A stretch of 64,000 bases of DNA. Source: Octopus vulgaris. Lineage: Eukaryota. The position numbers were made by a program, and so were the translations under genes. Shown one piece after another: positions 12,800-25,428 of this stretch. The stretch covers positions 99,386,001 through 99,450,000 of the forward strand of contig OX597822.1 in assembly GCA_951406725.2 (NCBI GenBank), read 5' to 3'. How positions within the stretch are numbered: the first letter of the stretch is position 1; each line of letters begins with the position of its first letter. The notes beneath the pieces were generated by a model. That model was not told the DNA's origin, searched no databases, and saw nothing but the letters and a program-made list of their open reading frames with translations.

Positions 12800-15700
12800 T
12801 AGCTCTTTCTACTATAAGCACAAGGCCTGAAATTTTGGGAGAGTGGGCAGTCAACTGCATCATCCCCAGTGCTCAACTGGTATTTATTTCATCAACTCTG
12901 AAAGGATGGCAGACAAAGTCGACCTTGAAAGAATTTGAACTCAGAGTGTAAAGACGGATGAAATACCACTGAGTATTTTGTCTGGTGAACTAAAAATCCT
13001 ACCAGCTGGCTGCCTAAATAATAACAAAAGAAAAAAACAACCGTCATCATTAATTTCTTGTCTTCCTCAGTACGTTTATTATTATTATTAATTGTCCTGA
13101 GGATTTTTAACCTGGTAAATTATGTTGTTGACCTCATTAATGTTAGTGTAATGAAAAACACATCTAGTACACTCTGTAGCGTGGTTAGCATTAGGAAGGG
13201 TATCCAGCTGTAGGAACCATGTCAAAGCACACGCTGTGGTTTGACTGTGTGTTTTGGATCCTGTTGGATCATGTGAGCATGGAAGATGGACATTAAAAGA
13301 TAATGATGATGTGTAAGTATTTATAGGTGTGAATATTTTCCAGGGATGCAGGCATGGATGTGTGAAGTTAAGAAGTTTACTTCACAACTATGTGGTACTG
13401 GGTTCAATCCTACTGCATAGCACCTTGGGCAAGTGCCTTCTGCAATGGCCCCTAGTAGACCAAAGCCTTTTAAGTGAATTTGGTAGGTGAAAACCAAAAG
13501 AAGCTCACCATATGTTTGTATATATAAATGTATGTGTGTGTGTGCACCCTTATCTTGACATCAGGTGAAGGTTGTAGATAAACATAACTATCATACAAAC
13601 AATGTTGTATATTTCCAGTCCAGTCTTCCAGTAAATTCATGTCTAGCCATGTAGAAATATTACCTTGTTTGGAAACGGGTGAGAGTTGGTGACAGTTGAC
13701 CAAAATTGAGAGTATTATAGAAGAAGGTTTGCTCTTCATTCCGTAGAAGATAAAAATCAAATCGGACCATGTTAACACCAAAAATTGTTTACATCAAAAA
13801 GGTGCATTTTTCCTATGAAAATCCTTATTTTTTACAATTTTTTTACTGCTGTGTCACTATTTTTTGGTGTATTTCAACCAGAAAAATGTTCACTTAAAGA
13901 GAATAGCAAGCTACATAATGCAAAATTTTTACTTTTCCAAAATTCCAATTCTAAAGGGTCAAAAACAAAACAAACCTGAACAACGCTGGGCTATACTGCT
14001 AGTTTTCTATAAAACTCCAAGTTTGCTTAACATAAATAACTACATATTATATCACTAGAACAAATAATGAATAGAAGAACAAACCAGACGGGTTGCATAA
14101 CCAAAATCCAATATTACTCTTTGAACATAGTCTAAATATAGACGAGATGCAATGACTGAGATCAAAGCAATGTCTGACCTCACTACAACCATTGCACTTA
14201 TAGCAGATAGTTTACCTTAAAATTTGAAATTGGATCTCTTTTATCTCTCTTACTTGTTTTGGCCTTTTGACTGCGACCATGCTGGGGCACCACCTTCAAT
14301 TTTTTTTTCTTTTTTTAGTTGAATGAAATGACCCCCCAGTACTTATTTATTTCTTTTTTAAATCTGATACTTATTCTATTGGTCCCTTTGCCAAACTGCT
14401 AACTTACAGGGACATAAAAACACCAACACTGGTGGGTGACAAACACACACACATGATAGGCTTCAGTTCCATCTACTAAATCCACTCTCAAGGCTTTGGT
14501 TGGCCCAAGGCTATAGAAAAGACACTGGCCCAAGGTGCCACTGTGGGACGACATCAGCGGCTGGGGAGCTGATCAGAAGAAAAAGGGTCACTTTTCTATG
14601 CTGCATGGGTCAGACAGAATGTTAGTAGGAGTGGACTTTCTATGTCCAGAGAGCTGTCATGTTGCCAATCCTCACCTGCTTCCAAGTAAGGTTAATATTT
14701 CTCCAAGACCAGAGATGCTTTCACAGAATATTGGAAATGAAGAGTCCTGATGGCATAACAGTAATACTTGTTTACAAATATGTAATTTCAAAGCAAGGAG
14801 GCAGTAATTCACACACACACACAGTGAGCTTCCTTCATTGTCTATTCACAATCCACTCAGAAGGATTTAACCAGCTCAGGACTAGAGTAGATGACACTTA
14901 CCCAAGGTGTCATGCAGTGGAACTGAACCAGAAACCATACTTCTTCAATAATACATGGTTGAAAATAATTTCCCTCTTGCTCATAACTTAACATGTTAAT
15001 ATAGGACTTCCCAGCACACTGTTCCTTGCCCATGACAAAACTGATTCTGGCAATGTGCCTCTCAGACAAAGAGGTTCTAAACCAGATGTGAACAGCTCTG
15101 AAGACACACAAATATCTTAACCTAAATGTATTTGATATAAAATCAATACAAAAACAAAAGGTTAATCTGTGATGTGTTTTGAGTTTACAAGTAAAAACAA
15201 AAATGTTGACTTTATTCTGAGTATTATGGATGTTTCAGTAGAAGCATAACAATATTTGGAAAAAAAACAAAACCAATCATAATAATACATCAATAATAAT
15301 TAGAATATGTTATGCTTAAGTATTTTTTTTGTAAGATTCTCGATTCTTATGTATTAGTTCTGTAAGATTCTCGATTAGAAGACAATAATAAATTATAGTA
15401 GCAAGCCAAAATTATGAGAACTTCACCTCCATCCCCATTTCATTCATGATGTTAACACCATTGGAAAATCACCACACCACAGTTTATCTCTAACTGTCCT
15501 CTTACAAACTATAGACTAGGCCCTTGTGATGTATATTGAAAAGAAAAATGTAGAAGTTATGTGAGATTAGTAAAATTCAATATTGGAATCTATCTTCATT
15601 GATATTAGAATCGATCAATTTGCAATATTAAACCCTCAGTAAGAATTGATTTGGATTGAGACAACTCATTCAATCCATGCCAGCAGGGAAAGTGGATATA

Positions 15701-15971
15701 TGATGATGATGATTATATAACACATCATATGATAAATGACTTTAAACAATTCAAGCTACATTACATGCAAAGCTATAAAAAATTGTCAAAGGGACCTTCT
15801 GTTTTTGCATATAAACCCACTGGGAGAGAAAACTAAGAAAGTCATATATTTGTCAATAGAATATTTTCTACACAACAAACTTGTTATATCATCATCATTA
15901 CTGCCCCTGCCAGATTCGTCAGTATCATCATCACTGCCATCGCCATTGACATCTTTTATTTTCCATCTTCT

Positions 15972-16440
15972 AAAGGTGGTGAGCTGGCTGAAACGTTAGC
16001 ATGCCGGGCGAAATGCGTGGCCGTATTTCGTCTGCTGTTAGATTCTGAGTTCAAATTCCGCCGAGGTCAACCTTGTCTTTCATCCTTTCGGGGTCGATAA
16101 ATTAAGTACCTATTTCTTTATTACCCACAAGGGGCTAAACACAGAGGGGACAAACAAGGACAGACATAGGTATTAAGTCGATTACATCGACCCCAGTGCA
16201 TAACTGGTACTTAATTTATCGACCCCGAAAGGATGAAAGGCAAAGTCGACCTCGGCGGAATTTGTACTCACAACGTAACGACAGACGAAATACGGCTACG
16301 CATTTCGTCCAGCGTGCTAGCGTTTCTGCCAGCTCACCGCCTTATTAAGTACCAATTACTCACTGGGATCGATGTAATGACTTAATCTGTCCTTGTTTGT
16401 CCCCTCTATGTTTAGCCCCATGTGGGCAATAAAGAAATAA
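15972..16440 (+). mobile_element. SINE A with a second SINE A nested in opposite orientation (16111-16343)
   Basis: Outer copy split by TSD ATTAAGTACC (16101-16110/16344-16353). Confidence 0.92.
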
Positions 16441-16631
16441 TAATGTTATTTTCCATCATCTATGCATGGGTTGATGGTTAGACAGGTCTGAGGAATGCAT
16501 CCTGCTGCAATGTCTGATTTGGCATGGTTTCTATGGATGGGTACTCTTCCAAACATGATCCACTTTACAGAGTAATACTAGGTGTTTTATTTTGTAGTAC
16601 CACCTCTAGAGAGGTCACTATGTAACTTACA

Positions 16632-16802
16632 AAACTAAAGTGCTCAACTTAAGTCTTGTGGGAGTATAGAAGAAAGGGAGGTAACTTTATGCTAGGTGTT
16701 GAGAGGTTAAATTGTAAACTAAAGTACTCAACTTAAGTCTTGTGGGAGTATAGAAGAAAGGGAGGTAACTTTATGCTAGGTGTTGAGAGGTTAAATTGTA
16801 AA
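16632..16802. repeat. 84-bp tandem duplication
   Basis: AAACTAAAGTrCTCAACTTAAG...GAGAGGTTAAATTGT occurs twice with one mismatch. Confidence 0.9.
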
Positions 16803-16928
16803 AGTAGGGACAGGAACAGGTTCTTTGTTGTGTTGCAGAGGAGCTACATGACTACCCACATCACAGATGAGTGGGTGGGAGTAATTCATATGGCATAAGA
16901 AAAACAAATGATGAAACATATTAGAAGG

Positions 16929-17253
16929 GGCCCCCTTCAAAGTCCAACCATTCTCCTCACCATAACCAGATCAAGCCAAAACTGCCACAAGAAGCTAGGA
17001 TCACTAAGCATAGATTGGCATATTTTGGTCGTATTATGCAGAGAAAATCCCTGGAGAAGGACATCATGCTTGGAATGGTCAGTGGCAAGAGAGGAAGAGG
17101 CCGACCAAGAACCCGCTGGCTTGACACCATCAAGAGTGACACGGGAATGGCCAAAGCCAATCTGAAAGAAGTGACCCAGGATAGAACTGGCTGGAGAACA
17201 CTGATCCATCGAGTAACTAAGAGACAACTTCGACTGAGCAGATAGATAAATAG
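16929..17253 (+). mobile_element. 5'-truncated RTE LINE (BovB-like) 3' end
   Basis: YFGRIMQRKSLEKDIMLGMVSGKRGRGRPRTRWLD...QDRTGWR; (TAGA)n tail; TSD ATTAGAAGG. Confidence 0.85.
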
Positions 17254-18269
17254 ATTAGAAGGAGAAGAAAATATATGAAGGAATTGTTATTTAAGACAGA
17301 ATAACATACATATTAAAAAATATCCAGAAATGTTTCACATTGGTGCAATGCATGGCCATGTGGTTTGGGGTTCAGTCCCACAGCATGGCATCTTAGGCAA
17401 GTGTCTTCTACTAGAGCCCCAGGCCAACCAATGTTTTGTGAATGAAGTTGGTAGACAGAAACTGTGTGGGAGCTCATCATGCATGTGTGCATATGTGTGT
17501 ATGTGTGTGTACACGCACACGTGTTCCCCCACCCCACAGCTTGACAACTGGTGTCGATTTGGCTGAGTAACTAAAACAAGTAAAAGATAAAAGCTAGTTA
17601 GCTTAAAAGAGGTGTAATTTAGACTTTTAGTCGTCACAATTAACATTATTATATATTAAGGAGATGATATTTAGATACTTCAAATATCAGAAAATGTCAT
17701 CTAAGATTTTCTCAAGATATTTGGTTCATCCAAGGCGAGCAGGTGCAATACTCGTCTGCATACCAAAATAGCACCTAATAATGTACTATCATGAATTGTG
17801 CTACAGTTTTGTGCATCAGAAGTCAATATTAATACTTATTCAGCCACCAAAAAATTACTGAAGAACACATAAGCTTAGCTTGCAATATAACTGTCAAGAA
17901 AAAAAAAAAAAAGAAAAAGAAAAAAAAGGAAAACAATAGTTAGGAACAGAAATAGTGTTTAATCTGAAAATAAAAATGACAGGCTGTTACAGATAAGGTC
18001 TCTTTTATATATAAAAGGAATCTCCAAGGAAATTAAGTAAAACCGAAGTAGTAATACATATGGAACTAAGAACCTGATTCATAAACTCAGTAAAGAATTT
18101 TCGTCTGTTACAACTGAAATGTGTTTAAATATTTCCAGGTTTGACATGTACCATTCGTGCAGGACTGTTATAACAAATGAGAGTATCAAAATCCAGAGTT
18201 TGGAATAAAGATTCCGAATTGAAATCTATTTCACAGAAATCTGTGTGTGTGTGTCTGTATCATCGTCAT

Positions 18270-18770
18270 CAATCTGAGGACATGTACCGAGAGTGATAAA
18301 AATCAAACATCCAGTTAAGATCATGGTGTTTGGAGTGATTGCTAGTGATGGTGACATTATGCCTCCATTCATCTTCCAAAACGGCGTCTGACTCAACGCA
18401 AAGGCCTACATCAACTGCCTGGAGAAGGTAGTGCTGCCCTGGGTCAAGAGGCTGGCTGCTGGACAACCATATGTCTGGCAAAAGGACTCTGCACCATACC
18501 ACACAAGCAGGAGAACCCAGTCATGGCTATCAGACAATTTCTGCAACCACATAACACCAAACATCTAGCCACCTAACTCCCCAAACTGTAACCCCCCTGG
18601 ATTATTAGGTGTGGGATGCAGTTGAGCAAGAGACCAATAAAACTCCTTGTAATACCTAATAATTAACAGAAGGCAAGGATTATGGCAGCATTCACCAACT
18701 TACAGAAGGAGACCAACCAGAAGAGTTGCAGGAGATTCTGAAGTCGCCTGGAGGCCATGGTTGAAGTCAA
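18270..18770 (+). mobile_element. Decayed maT (DD37D) transposase
   Basis: IMVFGVIASDG...WQKDSAPYHTS...*PPNSPNCNP(fs)LDY; 37 residues between the 2nd and 3rd Asp after correcting one frameshift. Confidence 0.8.
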
Positions 18771-19963
18771 TGCAAAGTTTAGGGAGCTCTTACCTCTGCT
18801 GGTGACTAAAGGCCTCTCGCTTAGAGTAAAGGGCAGACTGTATGATGCATGTGTACGAACTGCCATGCTACATGGCAGTGAAACATGGGCCGTGACTGCT
18901 GAGGACATGCGTAAGCTCATGAGGAATGAAGCCAGTATGTTCCGATGGATGTGTAATGTCAGTGTACTTACTCGACAGAACGTTAGTTCCTTGAGAGAAA
19001 TGTTGTACCTAAGAAGCATCAGTTGTTGTGTGCAAGAGAGACGATTGCGCTGGTATGGTCATGTGGCGAGAATGGATGAAGATAGGTGTGTGAGAAAGTG
19101 CCAATCCCTAGCAGTTGAGGGAACCCGTGGAAGAGGTAGACCCAGGAAAACCTGGGACGAGGTGGTGAAGCACGACCTTCGAACGTTAGGTCTCACCATG
19201 GAAATGACTAGAGACCAAGACCTATAGAAGTATGCTGTGTGTGAGAAGACCCGGCAAGACTGAAGCCATAACCCATGGCCCCTACCTGGGACGTAGTCAG
19301 TCCACCTGTGCATACCTTCCTGCTTGTGACACTTGTGAAGACCTGTTGAGGCAAGTGAAAGTCAAATCGAAGTCAAATCGAATCAAATCAAAGCAATCAA
19401 AATAGATGAACATCAATGGAATTTGTATCCTTGTGGTACCAGTGCCGGTGGCACATAAGAAAACGATCCGAACGGGACCGTAGCCAGTACTGCATCGACT
19501 GGCCTCCGTGCTGTGGGCACGTAACAAACACCATCCGATCGTAGCCGTTCGCCAGCCTCGTCTGGCACCTGTGTCGGTGGCACATAAGTAAACACCGAAA
19601 ACACCATCCGAGCGTGGCCATCTGCCAGCCTCGTATGGCACCTGTGTCAGCGGCACATAAAAAACACCATCCGAGCGTGGCCGTCTGCCAGCCTCGTCTG
19701 GCACCTGTGTAGGTGGCACATAAAAAACACCATCCGAGCGTGACCGTCTGCCAGCCTCGTCTGGCACCTGTGTCGGTGGCACATAAAATCACCCACTACA
19801 CTCTCGGAGTGGTTGGCGTTAGGAAAGGCATCCAGCTGTAGAAACACTGCCAGATCTGACTGGCCTGGTGCAGCCTTCGGGCTTGCCAGACCCCAGTTGA
19901 ACCATCTAACCCATGCTAGCATGGAAAGCGGACGTTAAACGATGATGATGATGATGATGATGA
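18771..19963 (+). mobile_element. 5'-truncated RTE LINE: ORF2 C-terminus, 3' UTR repeat array, (GAT)n tail
   Basis: LHGSETW...RRLRWYGHVARM...RGRGRPRKTW; ends CATGCTAGCATGGAAAGCGGACGTTAAAC(GAT)n. Confidence 0.92.
19527..19790 (+). repeat. Four ~63-bp tandem units in the RTE 3' UTR
   Basis: AAACACCATCCGAGCGTGGCCGTCTGCCAGCCTCGTCTGGCACCTGTGTCGGTGGCACATAA x4. Confidence 0.9.
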
Positions 19964-20017
19964 TATTGCCATGATAGATCGGTAGCCACTACACACATTG
20001 TTTTTTCTCTCCTTGTT

Positions 20018-20055
20018 TCTTTCTGTGGAAGAGTGCAGGCTCAAAACGTAAAAGA
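20018..20055 (+). ncRNA. Degenerate hammerhead-like motif in a Penelope-type terminal repeat
   Basis: TCTTT-CTGTGGA-A-GAGT-gcag-GCTC-AAAAC-GTA-AAAGA; same layout and downstream AGACT.TTT context as 668-703. Confidence 0.4.
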
Positions 20056-20189
20056 CTTTTTCAATTCCTGAGCGAACCCATGCCAGCATGGAAAGCGGAC
20101 GTCAAATGATGATGATGATGATATACTAATACATCTGTTTGTTTTCTACACCACCTGTCTTTGTCTTTTGTTTTTTCATGAATTTTCCT

Positions 20190-20224
<35 letters not shown>

Positions 20225-20552
20225 TTTTTAAAGTTGATTTTCTTTGCAATATGTTTTCACAAAACAACCGCCCCCATTAACCCAACATTAACTTTTGCAA
20301 TAATATTTATTATTGTCTGATATCCAGGTAACTAATGTAATACATCCTGTTGTTATTGTGGGAATTTCTTTTCTTTTCTTGTGTTAAACATTAATTATAG
20401 CTTCCAGACAAAAAGCAAACTAAACTACTAATAATTATTTTAAGATCTTCCTCTCTCTTTACATACTCATAAAAAATAAACAGAGCCTAATACAGGTACC
20501 TGGCAGAATCGTTAGCACGCCAGGTGAAATGCTTAGTAGTAAAAGTTATATA

Positions 20553-21455
20553 CAGTAATACCTCACTTTACAAGGATACACTTTATGAGACCCCCAGGTT
20601 TACTCTTTACTCTTTTATTTGTTTCAGTCATTTGACTGCGGCCATGCTAGAGCACCACCTTTAGTCGAGCAAATTGACCCCGGGACTTATTCTTTGTAAG
20701 CCCAGTACTTATTCTATCGGTCTCCTTTGCCGAACCGCTAAGTGACAGGGACGTAAACACACCAGCATCGGTTGTCAAGCAATGCTAGAGGGACAAACAC
20801 AGACACACAAACACACACTTATATATATATACATATATATACGACAGGCTTCTTTCAGTTTCCACCTACCAAATCCACTCACAAGGCATTGGTCGGTCCG
20901 GGGCTATAGCAGAAGACACTTGCCCAAGATGCCACGCAGTGGGACTGAACCCGGAACCATGTGGTTGGTTAGCAAGCGACTTACCACACAGCCACTCCTG
21001 CGCCTAGTTTTATTTTATAATACAAGTTTTATTTTATAATATAAATTTTGAACGAAGTGCAAAAGTTTCTACTACCATAACAAATGCTTCTGTGCACTAC
21101 TGACAAATTTATAGAGTGTGAAAAATAGCTTCTTCTGAGCAAACAACTCTAGGCCTGTGAATCGGTAATTGTGTCTACAAGTGATGGTGTGCGCGGGTCT
21201 AGTGCAATTCAGAAAACAGTAATAATATTTTTTATCAGAAATGATCTTGATGTTCTTTTTACTTTACATAAAATATTCTTTACATTCTACTCTTGTTTTA
21301 TTGCCTTTTATTTATGGGTATTGAAAATTTTATAGGTAAAATATCTTTCTGGGAATGAATTACAATTTATAACATTGCTACTATGGGAAATTATGAGTTT
21401 TCACTTTACGAGCAGTCTCTGGGAACAAATTAACTCGTATATTGAGGCATTACTG
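20553..21455. mobile_element. Tigger/pogo-like non-autonomous element
   Basis: TIRs CAGTAATACCTCA / TGAGGCATTACTG with TA on the left; carries a SINE B insertion. Confidence 0.6.
20599..21004 (-). mobile_element. SINE family B, young full-length copy
   Basis: CpG-rich intact head and tail type 1. Confidence 0.88.
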
Positions 21456-21472
21456 TGCATATATATATATAT

Positions 21473-21607
21473 TAGGTGGTCCCAAAAGTTCGTAAATACT
21501 TGCGAAAATTGAATTTTTACTCGCCAAGTACTAACAAAAACAACAAAAATTATTCCTCAAAATAAAGACCATTATTTTCCAAGACTTTCTACGAACTTTT
21601 GGGACAA

Positions 21608-21611
<4 letters not shown>
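21473..21611. mobile_element. 139-bp mariner-type MITE in (TA)n
   Basis: TIRs TAGGTGGTCCCAAAAGTTCGTA / TACGAACTTTTGGGACAACCTA. Confidence 0.8.
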
Positions 21612-21650
<39 letters not shown>

Positions 21651-22170
21651 GCGTTAGGAAGGGCATCCAGCAGTAGAAACACTGCCAGATCAGACTGGAG
21701 CCTGGTGCAGCCTCCTGGCTTCCTAGACCCCGGTCGAACCGTCCAACCCATGCTAGCATGTAAAACGGACGTTAAACAATGATGATGATGATGAATGTAT
21801 TGGACTAGATTGCCTATGTTCAGTCTGCTGTAGGACAAAGGTCTCAGCATGTTCTCTCCAACGACCACGGTCTGATTTAGAGGCTGTGAATTTGAGCCAG
21901 ACGTCATACTGGTTTGATGAACCCAACTGCCACACTGACTTGACATGGCTTGGCAGAGGGATGCAGTTTTCATACTCTTTCCCAGGTGTACCTAAGTTGA
22001 TTACATCAACCACTGTACTCAACTAGTACTTATTTATCAACCCCAAGAGGATGAAATGCAAAGTTGGTTGTGGCAGTATTTGAACTCAGAATGTAAAGTT
22101 GGACAAAATACTGCTAAGCATTTCGCCTAACATACTAATGATTTTACCAGCTTCCTGTCAAATATTATAA

Positions 22171-22566
22171 AATAATAATAATAATAATAAAACATTGTGT
22201 ACAGTGCTCAGGTGCACTACAACTCATCTAAAGTGTATATATAATCAGGTGTAGTTTCGGCGGATTTCGGAAAGCATGAGGGCCTTAAAGGATGCAGTGT
22301 CATGGCAGTCAACAACTGACGCAGGCAGTTTATTCCATGCTTCAGCAACTCTGAGTGTGAAGAAATGTTTCCGAAAGTCATGGGAGCTGTGTTGTTTTCT
22401 GACTTTGTAGGCATGTCCACGTGTGTTAGACACATGGAGATCAAAAAGGTGTTCAGTGTTGTTGTTGGTGAGGTGGTTGATAACTTTGTGGGTGTTTACC
22501 AAGTCCGTCGCCAGACGCCGGAGCTTCAGTGAATCCATGCCCAGGGAAACAAGGCGCTCAGAATAT
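22171..22566 (-). mobile_element. 5'-truncated CR1 LINE copy
   Basis: About 6 differences in ~370 bp from the 3' end of the 45.7-48.7 kb element; (TTA)n tail. Confidence 0.93.
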
Positions 22567-23538
22567 ATTAGGCTACGCTTATTTTTTATGAGTATGTAAA
22601 AAGAGATCTTAAAATGATTACTAGTTCAATTTTTTTTCTGAATGCTATAATTAATGTTTAACATAAAAAAAATAGAAGAAAAAATTCTCACAATAACAAC
22701 AGGATATATTACATTAGTTACTGGGAGATCAGATAATCATAAATATTATTGCAAAAGTTAATTATGGATAATTAACCCTTTCATAATCATATTTCTAATG
22801 AAATATGTTGCCACTGTGTTGATTTTTAAATTAATGAAGAATTTAGTGAGAAAGAAAAAAACCATTATCAGTAACAATCTGGTGCTTGGAATATAAAATG
22901 GCATAGAATTTTGATGAAAGGTTAACATCTATATCATTTTAAAACTGGTAGTTTGTATCAGAGAAACAGATCAGTTTCAGGCAAGTTGGAATCAAAAGGT
23001 TTAAACCTTTTGCTTAAAGAGAGGCAAGTGATAAATGGCTGTCAGCCTTTGAAATTTAGTTAAAAATCAGTAATTTAGAAGACTTATAAAGCAAATATGT
23101 GGCAGATGAAAAGACAACTGAATATCTCGTGTCTAATTAACTACAATCAAGGTTTAATGAGTGAAATGAAAGACAGTCATATCTCTACATTTAACACGAG
23201 GTCGATCTGCAACATAAAGAGAGAATTAATGAATCTTATATGTTCCTCTGGAGCAGAATAATGGTAATTCAAAAAATATTTCCAAGCAAGTTGTTCAGCT
23301 ACATTTTAATAAGAAAGGAAGGCATGCTTCCATCAAATGCCCTAATTTACAACTACTGGGAACTTGTATTTCTGTCTTCTACCATCACGCTACAATTCCT
23401 TATATCGACAATGCAACAAAGACTCATATTAGTTATCAAATTATTGAATCATTGCTTGTACTATGGGAGTAAAAGTGCAGTTCCTATGCCTCTATTTTCT
23501 TTACAACTTTTCAAATTAAAAATGGAACCCACATTTAT

Positions 23539-24838
23539 ATCATCATAGTCATCATCATCATCATCATTTAATGTTCGCTTTCCATGACTGAGGGGCTGGT
23601 GAGCCAGAAGGCTCCAATCTGATTTGGTAAAGTTTCTACAGCTGGATGCCCTTCCTAATGCCAACCACTCTGAGAGCATAGTGGGTGCTTTTATGTGCCA
23701 CCAGCATAAGGGCCGGTCAGGTGGTACTGGCATTGATCATGCTCAAATGGTGTTTTTTACATGCCACCTGCACAGGAGCCAGTCCAATGGCACTGGCAGT
23801 GACCACACTCAAACAGTGTTTTTTACGTGCCACTGGCACAGAAGTCAGCCAGGTGATGCTAGCAACAATCACACTTGAATGGTGCTTGGTGCATTTTACA
23901 TGCCACCAGCATGGGAGACACTCGGCCACCCTAGCAATGATCACACTTGAATGGTGCTTTTAACGTTCCACTGGCACAGGTGCCAATCAGGCAGTAGTAA
24001 TCTGCAATGACAATGATTTCACTTGCCTCAACAGGTCTTCACAAGTGTAGTTTATTATCCAATGATTGAAGGGTACTCTTAAATGAGCTGGTTATGCAGC
24101 ACTGGCATAAGCCACGGTTATGGTCTCACTTGGCTTGTCGGGTCTTCTCAATCACACCATATCTCCAAAGGTCCCGGTCACTTGCCATTGCCTCAGTGAA
24201 GCCTAATGTTTGAAGGTCGTGCTTCACCACCTCATCCCAGGTCTTTCTGGGTCTACCTCTTCCACAGGTTCCCTCACCTGCTAGGGTGTGACACTTTTTC
24301 ACACAGAAGTCCTCATCCATTTGCAACACATGGCCATACCAGCACAGTCGTCTCTCTTGCACACCAGATCTGATGCTTCTTAAGTCCAACTTTTCTCTCA
24401 GGGCACTTACTCTCTGTCCAGTATGCACACTGACATCACACATCCAGTGGAGCATACTGGCTTCATTCCTTGCAAGCTTATGCATATCCTCAGCAATTAC
24501 AGCCCATGTTTCTCTGCCATGTAGCAGGCTGTTCACACACATGTGTCATACAGACTACCTTTCACTCTGAGCGAGAGACACTTTGTCACCAGCAGATGTA
24601 GGAGCTCTCTGAACTTTACCCAGGCTATTCTTATTCTTGCAGCTACACTTTCAGAGCATCCACCCCCGCTACCTAGGTGACTTGGCCACCTAGGTAACAG
24701 AAGCTATCAACCACTTGTAGTTTTTTCCCCGGGAAAGTGACGGAAGCTGTTCTCTGCACATTTTCAGTGTTTATTGCTCCTCAGCGTTTGCCACACATGA
24801 AAACCATCTTCCCAGTTAGCCTTCCTTTGATATTGCCT
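23539..24838 (-). mobile_element. Older 5'-truncated RTE LINE, same family as 18771-19963
   Basis: VVDSFCYLG...LLHGRETW...RRLCWYGHVLQM...GRGRPRKTW, 3' UTR repeats and (GAT)n tail. Confidence 0.9.
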
Positions 24839-24839
24839 A

Positions 24840-25377
24840 TGACAAAAAGTTCCTGTTTAAAGTGATCTAAATTACAACCTTCCAAACTTTCATGTTAATT
24901 TATGTTCCAAACACCAAGCTTAATAATGATAATTATTTTGTTTTAAAACAAAGTCAGTATATTCTAAGAGAAGCATGGCAACAAAAGTACTAAATCTCTT
25001 GATACCAATCCATTTGAAGCTGACCCTGGTTCTATGATATGAATTTTCTGTTTTACTTTCATCAAAATTTCATGTCATGTTCCAAACACCAGCTTGACAT
25101 CACAGAGTTATTTAATAAATTCTTCATTGTTTTAAAAATTAATTAAAACAAAGCCAGTATATTTCAACAGAAGTATTCTTTTACTCGTTTCAGTCATTTG
25201 ACTGCGGCCATGCTGGAGCACCGCCTTTAATCAAGCAACTCGACCTCGGGACTTATTCTTTTGTAAGTCCAGTACTTATTCTATCGGTCTCTTTTGCCGA
25301 ACCGCTAGGTGACGGGGACATAAACACACCAGCATCGGTTGTCAAGCAATGCCAGGGGGACAAACACAGACACACAA

Positions 25378-25428
<51 letters not shown>

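Noticed and set aside
19527-19790. CRISPR array
   Set aside because: Units including the would-be spacers are homologous and lie in a LINE 3' UTR; there are no cas genes and the context is eukaryotic.
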